Of a stretch of 64,000 nt of DNA, positions 56,195 through 64,000 are shown piece after piece. The notes under the pieces are model-generated. The model saw only the letters and a list, made by a program, of their open reading frames with translations, was not told the DNA's origin and did not search any database. The DNA is taken from assembly GCF_006345805.1 (NCBI RefSeq), contig NC_042997.1, forward strand, positions 1,860,001-1,924,000, written 5' to 3'. How positions within the stretch are numbered: the stretch's first letter is position 1; each line of letters begins with the position of its first letter. This stretch comes from Octopus sinensis (lineage: Eukaryota). The position numbers and the translations under genes are program-made.

Positions 56195-56690
56195 TGATTC
56201 ACTTGTCCCACTCCTGGAAAATACGGTCGTTATATGGATGAATGTATCAGGGCGACCTCAGACTCTCCCGAACAAATTCACTCCTCATTTGTCCAATCCT
56301 TCCATCCTCGACCTCGAATTTTCCTACAATATTTCCAACACTCCCACCACCTTTCTCGACATTTCTGTCAAAATACACCATTCCGCTCTCACTACCTCCA
56401 TCCACTACAAACACACCAAGTCACCCTCCTACCTTAAATTCTCCTGCTCCCACCTACCCACGCCAAGCTCTGTATACCCTACTCCCGATTCCTCCGTCTA
56501 CGAAGGTTCTGCAGTGACAGCTATTATTTGATACTCAGCCTCAACTCAGATCTCTCCACTTCATCCTTCGTGAATATCCCCTCACTACTATCCACACAGC
56601 ACTTGCTAGGGCACGCTTCGTGGACCGTGCCTCTGCTCTTTCTCCCTGCACCAGCATTAAAGTGGCCACGTATGACTTTATCTTTCTTTC
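56195..56690 (+). mobile_element. PLE RT fragment (motif C to thumb), inverted relative to 54650-55960
   Basis: YGRYMDECI, TFLDISVKI, SIHYKHTKSPSYLKFSCSH and DRASALSP, homologous to positions ~450-895 of the first PLE. Confidence 0.85.
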
Positions 56691-56699
56691 TACGAGGTC

Positions 56700-57240
56700 T
56701 ATTATTAATATTTTGATTATTATTAGAGGGATTATTTATCAATTTATCTTTGAAGTCAATATTGGCTGGGACCTTGTTATGATAGGGGGCAGCTTTCTCG
56801 AAAATTTGTTTGGAAGAAGGTTAGACACTTTGTTACTAATACTAGGTATCAGGTTTTTACGAGGAGGACACGTTTTTACGAGGAGGAGTTTAACTATAAG
56901 GAAATATCTTAATAATCAACTATTCAGAGATTAGTAGCTACTGTATTTCTGATTTGTAATTGATTAAATGTAGAAATTAGTGGCTTTCTAATTATTTAAA
57001 GGATTTGACCATCAGACCAATGGGAAATGCTCAAATCATCGTCACGGTATAAGCCAACGTCATGAGATGGGTATCTATATTTTAATGAGTTTAATATAAA
57101 TAGACCCACAAGAACACAGAGGTCAGCAACATCATATAACCCCAGTTTAATATTATAGAATTTCATCCCTCTATATCTAAGCCGCTGCTTGATAAAGCTA
57201 TTGAATTACCTAAATCATATGTTGATAGTGACCCTATAGA
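56700..57240 (-). mobile_element. PLE RT fragment, LYRDD subtype
   Basis: GLYDVADLCVLVGLFILN and DVGLYRDDDLSI. Confidence 0.8.
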
Positions 57241-58118
57241 TCTTGATTTTATCAGACAAGAGAGGAAAAAACTATAGACCTAGATTCTAACAGGCATGCA
57301 GTAAAGGATTAGCATGAGTAAAAATATCGCACAGTGACGACGTATTTGACAAGCGTTTTCCGTTCTTTATTGCCTTCTGAATCTTTTTTGCGTTCCGTCT
57401 GATATTCAATATCTTTAGTTCGTTATGACATGTAGTTTGCGCCTGGAGAATATATTAATTGTTCTCAACATATGAAATTATTAGTAGAGCATTAATAAAT
57501 GTAATGTGACCTTTAAATAAATATTATTTCTCTCTCACCAGATGGAGTATCTTTTTCTATCACTGATCAGTACATTTTATATCACTATATTTTCCTCAAC
57601 GTGAAAGTATACTATTGTAATGTTGACATTAAATAGTATACATAAATGCACTATTAGTATACTTATAACTGAAATTAATGCCATAGTTTGTATATCCAAT
57701 GCATTCCTAGCAACGGTTTTTCTACACATAGCGTGGCATTAACAGTCTTATTTTCAACGAAATAATGTGACCTTACTGTCTATTTGTTGCTAGTCAAACT
57801 GTGTCTTAACACTATACGTTTCATTGCAATATAAAATGTATATCTAAATGTTGCATCGGCAGTCTTTGCGACTACAGATGCAAGAATCTCGCTAGAATTC
57901 CACTTTTGTTTTCACATATGAAAATTAGAAATACCAATTTGAATGCAGACATCAAATTGGTAGTAAGTTTGATAATGTCTTAGTTCTGATCTACTTCATG
58001 TTAAATATTATATTGCAAATACAAATATGTAACACCTGCTCAATATATTATTATGACTACAAGCTTATTGTTATAATGTATTTTGTTTGTACGCATATAT
58101 ATATTAAAATCAACTTAC

Positions 58119-58154
58119 GTTGAAAGTCAACAGAGAAAGTTTGCCATAGAAGCG
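58119..58154 (-). CDS. Candidate 36 nt microexon
   Basis: ctttcaatacttctcag|CGCTTC...TTCAAC|GTAAGT; open in phase 0 (RFYGKLSLLTFN) and phase 1 (xLLWQTFSVDFQ). Confidence 0.33.
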
Positions 58155-58336
58155 CTGAGAAGTATTGAAAGATACAGATAAGGAAATAATTTTATTCTCA
58201 AATGCAAGATGTGATTTCGAGTCTCACGGCTGGCTGCCGCCAGGATTTTCTGTATGATATTAATACTTTATCCTGTACATGCTATATTATTAGCATTATC
58301 ATGCGTTTGAGAATAAAATTAATTCCTTATCTGTGT

Positions 58337-58412
<76 letters not shown>

Positions 58413-58700
58413 TGTGTGTGTGTATTAATATTAATATTATTAATAGTTAACGCGCGTAGTCAATTTAATGTTTGATTTGTTATGAGAATTTTAGAATAAT
58501 AATTATAAGATATCTAATTAATTTCTATGTGGTTATTATAGATAATATATATCTTTTCACTATTGATGGAATAACTAAATAGTGGTTTGTCTCTAAATTA
58601 TATGTATACATATGTATATATATATATGCGTTGATAGACATGCATACGTGTATGTATTCACCAGGATCCATGGTGTATATATACAGACATGTATATTGCA

Positions 58701-58739
<39 letters not shown>

Positions 58740-58899
58740 GTTTTAAAGAGATGCAAATGGCTTCTGGCAGGTCAGATCAACCTCTTCGCTAATATCAACC
58801 CTACGGAATGTGATTGTCAAGATTCGAAATCGCAACGAAGGGGCATTTCACGGGGCATATAATTCCATCGTCAATTATATCATGATCAGGATCTTAAGG

Positions 58900-59560
58900 G
58901 TTCATGATCTTCCGGATTTCATCCTTGAAGCCACCAAACACTTGTATCTCGAAACAGTTTTTACAGCGAGGTGAACACTGGAATCCTACAAGTTGATCTT
59001 TTGGCTCCCTTTCTCTTCATCGCAACTATCGATTATTTACTGCGAATTACCATCACACTGTCATATAGACTTATGATCAAGAAACGTCGGAAATCACGAT
59101 TTCCAGCAGAATTGGTTGCAGAACTTCCTTTTGAAAATGATATCTACTTTCTTGAATACAACTTTGCAACATCGCAGGATTCACTCCACCGTGCTGAAAG
59201 AGCAAACCAGAAACTTGTGTTTTTATTTCTTTTAAACGCATTGAAAGAAACAATTATGCACATGTAAACCTTTCCATCACTCCAACATTGTGTTCAACTG
59301 CTTGATACAAAAATTGAAAATGGTGACGAGTTAAAGCACTTTGATTGATGGCTACAACAACACTTCATTTGATGTTACTACCCGAATCGGTCAATCAGCG
59401 GGTGGGTGAGATTTCGACTCTCATCGTAAAATCCGAACAGCACCAAACAAGAGGTCCACCAAAATCAAGGTTTTCACAGCTACAGTAAAATCAATCCTTC
59501 TTTATGAATCAGAGTCTTGAAGCCTCACATCTGCACTGACAAGGACGTTTGATGACAACT
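58900..59560 (+). mobile_element. RTE-type LINE RT remnant
   Basis: GILQVDLLAPFLFIATIDYLLR..KRRKSRFPAE..LPFENDI, and later KVFTATVKSILLYESES. Confidence 0.8.
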
Positions 59561-59569
59561 AAAGCCAAT

Positions 59570-60002
59570 GTTTGAATCAAGCTTTGAAGAAAATGAGACC
59601 CGCTTTAGTGAATCGAGGAGTGATGTTTCATCAGGACAATACACGCCCCTACACTACAAAGATCACATCAGAGAAGGTCGAAGAGCTTGGTTGGAAAACA
59701 ATTCCTCATCCACCTTATTCTCCCGACATTGCTCCTTCAGACTAACATCTGTTTCGTAGATTAGAGAATCATTTGGGGGACGTAACTTTCGCAAGCCAGG
59801 AGGAGGTCGAAAGTGACAATTTAGAGTTCTTCACTTTGAAAGGAAAATAGTTTTACATTGATGGGATTAAAAAGCTAAATAGATGGAAGGAAGTCATAGG
59901 TAATCAGGGAAAGTACATTGATGATTAACTTTCAATTAAATATAACATTTGATCACTTGTTTTCTTTATTCAAAATTCGGTCAGAACATATGGGATGATC
60001 TG

Positions 60003-60010
<8 letters not shown>
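59570..60010 (+). mobile_element. mariner transposase 3' remnant with terminal repeat
   Basis: FHQDNTRPYT..LGWKTIPHPPYSPDIAPSD*HLFR matches the YSPDLAPSD motif. Confidence 0.85.
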
Positions 60011-60078
<68 letters not shown>

Positions 60079-60749
60079 ATTTTTAAGATACATATGCGTG
60101 TATGTATGTATATATTACCGTATAATATATAAGAAACAGTTTGACAGTATTATAAATATTTTGGTATTCAAACATCCTTTCTATACATCTAGTTAGCGTT
60201 GTCCTTCCAGACAAGTTTCTTAAATATGTACAGTTCTCTGTAATTAATGCTGACTGTCTGGTTTCCATTCAGTCGATATATTCTATTATTCGTATTAACG
60301 AGCACTTAGATATTGCTTTTAAGTTATGTTCCGTTGTATTACTCCCAGCTGCATAATATCTGCTTATAAGTAATAAACAATTCCCATCCACATATAGTAA
60401 TGTCAATGTTTTCAGTGTTTAATCTTGTACTTTACTTCACACATGCTTAGCTACAATACTTATATTAGAATCTGGAGTTAATGATATGTTTTTTTCTGTA
60501 TTGTGATTCAAAGATGGCTGCATACAGAATTACATATGCATGAGTGTGACCGTCACTTTCAATAGATGGTTTGCACGGCTTAATTCGTAAAGTCACATCT
60601 AATAACATTTAAAACTGAAAATGGAAACCCCAAAATAGCAATATTCACATTGTGATAACTTGGATTTATCTTCAGATTTCCCGACCTTATATGATGCTAT
60701 GATATCGAGAAGCCTATTCTGCTGATTTTATATGCGTGTATGTGTGTAC

Positions 60750-60786
<37 letters not shown>

Positions 60787-61330
60787 TGCGCACGTGCGTA
60801 TGTGTGTTTGTGTGTGTATGTGCGTGCGTGTGTATTCCTTTGTATGTATACACATATAGATATCTTAAATAATTGATGGAAAAGACAAAATGTGTTGGAA
60901 GCTTTATTTTTCACGACAATTATTTCGGTTTGCATCTGCACTGCTCCCTAGAGTGTGGAGAACGATGTAATGGAATCGAATGCATCTCACTAGGCAGAAG
61001 AAACCTCATCAAGTTACATAATCAGTTACAATGTTAAAATATGTACATTTCCTTACGCTATGTGCAGCATGGTGTTGGTATGATGCATGCGTTTATAGTA
61101 GTTCAGAAATCAATTCATGAGGCATGATTTTTGGTTCGTATTCCGGGAGTGGTAGGTAAAGAATGCAAAGAACCAAATACAATGAATAAATGGGAAGGTC
61201 AGAATAGCTTTTTCAATGAAAAGTTCTCTAAAATTTGAGGGGTTCTTTGATGGTTAGACATGTGCATCATTCATGGCAACATGGGTAAACACACACACTC
61301 AAAGAAACACGCATACATACACACAGACAC

Positions 61331-61361
<31 letters not shown>

Positions 61362-61437
61362 TTTCAAATGTATATATATATATATATAAGAAAGTTTGTT
61401 TGGTAAAGCACGTGGGTTTCACACTTTACTATTTTCT

Positions 61438-61490
<53 letters not shown>

Positions 61491-61536
61491 CATATATGTA
61501 TATATATATATGTGTGTATATGTATATATGTATATA

Positions 61537-61627
<91 letters not shown>

Positions 61628-61629
61628 AT

Positions 61630-62590
61630 AGTTATCCTATAAGTAATGCAGTTATTTTTAAATAGCGTGAACTAAAAGTTGGGAGGAGACAGGATAATCT
61701 ACCTGCATTAACCTGCTATAAACGCTAGTAGTAATTTTACCTTGTACTTATTCTTAGTGCATGTTTTGAAGAGTGCATTTCGATTTAAACAGTTATATTT
61801 GCAAGCCATAATGGAAGTGACAAAGGTGCATTTTCGGCATATATTTGCTTTATGAGTTCAATAAAAGCAACACCGCAATGGAAAGTGCGTGGTATATCAA
61901 TGCAGTATATGGGGATCGGAAAATAAGCGTAAGCCAGTGTCAACAGTGGTTCCAGAAATTCTGTGCCGGAAACTTCAGCCTAGAAGACGAGCCTCGTCCT
62001 GGAAGGTCTGTACAGCTCGATGAGTACGCCATGGAAAATCTGTAAAAGTCATTGTAACTGTTAAAGTACTAGCTGAGAAGCCTTGATTTGGACATTCAAC
62101 CATTCATCGACACCTGTCTGCCATTGTAAAATCAGCAAATTGGGTCAATGGGTCCCTCAAAAACTTCCTGAGTCTAATCGCACGCAGAGAGTGAATGGGT
62201 TCTCTTCTTGTGCTTCACGAATGAACTTGTTTTGGGCCGAATAGTGACTGGTGATAAATATGTCAAGCGTCAAAACAGTGGGTAAGGATAGGAGAAACGT
62301 CGCCTCCCCAGGCTAAAGAAGGTCTTCATCCACGTAGATTGTTGTTATTTGTTTGGTGAGATTGAATGGTTTAGTTCAGTATGAACGTTTAAACCTATAC
62401 CAAACAATAACAAATGAAATCTACTACGAGCAGCTTGAACAAGTTAAATCAGCGTTAGAAGAAAAAAGGCCATCTTTGGTTCCAAAACGAAAGGCGTTCT
62501 TCCATCAGGATAATTCTCGGTCACATACAGTGAGAATGACATTCCAAAAGCTGGAGCAGTGTGAATGGGAAATGATGCCCCACCCACCAC
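61630..62590 (+). mobile_element. mariner transposase pseudogene, 3'-truncated
   Basis: LYEFNKSNTAMESAWYINAVYG..QQWFQKFCAGNFSLEDEPRPGRS, WVPQKL, IVTGDK and FFHQDNSRSH..MPHPP. Confidence 0.9.
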
Positions 62591-62689
62591 GGACACACGC
62601 ACACATGCACGCACATACGCGTGCACACACACACATATATGTATATATTTTTTGGAAATAGCCTCAAACAAAATGAAATGAAAGATCCT

Positions 62690-62830
62690 TGCGCAACCAG
62701 GTCCTTATGTAATCGGGAGCAGATTTTGTAAGCTTTGTTTGGCAGAGAGGACAAGAATCCTAAATAACTCGCTTGACCCGAGTATTTGTATAAACTCGAA
62801 GATTTTTCAGTGCCGTTATCTTGAACGTGC
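62690..62830 (-). mobile_element. Possible PLE thumb remnant
   Basis: SSLPNKAYKICS resembles the L..RAYKICS motif. Nearby cctgacccgaaatgttgtgtcaa (~63048-63070) resembles the 44.8 kb terminus. Confidence 0.35.
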
Positions 62831-63191
62831 ACTCTTACAAACTTGAATCTCCCCTCTCACCCACCAGATGGTTGATAAAACATCTACATCACCCTCTTAG
62901 AACAGAACCACAGACGGAGCCGAAATGTTGTATAAATCAACATTAGCAGCATATTAGAACACCATCACAGCTGGAACCGTACTTGCAATCTTCGAATCAC
63001 AAAATATCGAATAAAGCAGCTAAACCAACAGCATCTTAGGACACCACCCTGACCCGAAATGTTGTGTCAAAAAATAAAACAATGTGAGAATCTTATAGAA
63101 TACCACGGCGAAGGTAATGTAGGCGATATAACCCAATACTGCCTATAGTAACAAAACACGAACATTTTGTATGAGTATATTTTTTGTTTAC

Positions 63192-63449
63192 TAAGTAACT
63201 GTGATGTTCTCTATCTCCATTGAATTTAGACGTTGTGTGCCATTGGTCATTTGAGTCTGAAAAGTCAGTTACAGAGCTTAGCGCTTTATAAGTGCGAAAG
63301 CAATGGCCACTCTCTGACCGACCAGAACAATCAAACTTAATAATATATGTGTTTGTGGACAACATTGAGCTTAAATTCTTAGAGAGGCTGAATGCATATT
63401 TTTCATGGCACTCTCCGATTAATAATTTATATCCATTCACACACACAGT
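63192..63449 (-). CDS. Candidate 258 nt coding exon, unknown product
   Basis: Lies within a 117-codon non-repetitive ORF; acceptor ctaattctctagcaccag| and donor TTA|GTAAAC; encodes VCVNGYKLLIGECHEKYAF..FDCSGRSESGHCFRTY. Confidence 0.3.
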
Positions 63450-64000
63450 CTGGTGCTAGAGAATTAGATCTCACGGGAAAATGACTGTATATAGATTAAT
63501 TGAAATGAAGCTAGATATATGTCCTCTCTATGTACTTTCATTCTGAATCAACCATAATTTCTTGAGAAGCTATTCTGGTACACAAGTGAGTCGACAAATA
63601 GTTGTTATATATGTCTTTTTTCTCCCCACCTATATTCACAGAGATACACGCACATATATAATTATCACACGGGAATCAACAAAGCGATTAGTTAAACATA
63701 TTCAAATATCTCAGAAATACATCCTTAAAATTAGTTCCGGAAACGCTACCGAAGAGACATAAAGTTATTCGTAAATATGACCTCAAGGTTTTAGAATGGA
63801 ACAAGTACCTCCTTGATTTGTAAGCCATTGTTTTCAGGTTAATTGGACTTATAAGATCGAAATGGAAGAGAGACATATAACCCAATTTACACAAGTGCAC
63901 TGTGTTCGCGTTGAAGGTTGGTAAGGTGCGAATGTGGGGGTTATCACCAATTTAACATAATTAAGCAGTGAAGTAGCTGCTTTTGTTAACACTATGTAAC

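Overview
AT-rich eukaryotic DNA, saturated with microsatellites and dominated by decayed transposable elements. The SINE types and the (AAT)/(TA)/(CA)/(TACA) density suggest a cephalopod, probably Octopus; that is inference, not confirmed. No intact, nameable protein-coding gene was found. Most long ORFs in the supplied track are microsatellite artefacts. Recognisable content: about ten fragments of Penelope-like elements (PLEs; RT plus GIY-YIG) from at least two RT subtypes, CR1/L2-like and RTE LINE remnants, Tc1 and mariner transposase remnants, tRNA-derived SINEs and long-TIR foldback elements. There are also several low-confidence host exons on both strands. The most striking unexplained structure is a recurrent architecture: non-coding palindromes or inverted terminal repeats whose arms each carry a type I hammerhead ribozyme (HHR) motif (CUGANGA...GAAA...NUH). 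These fall into several unrelated sequence families (32.4 kb, 39.4-41.3 kb, 41.6-42.0 kb, 44.5-44.9 kb), plus a dispersed minimal-HHR family (4.3, 21.6, 28.4-28.55, 54.7 kb). All alignments and folds were done by eye, so element boundaries are approximate.
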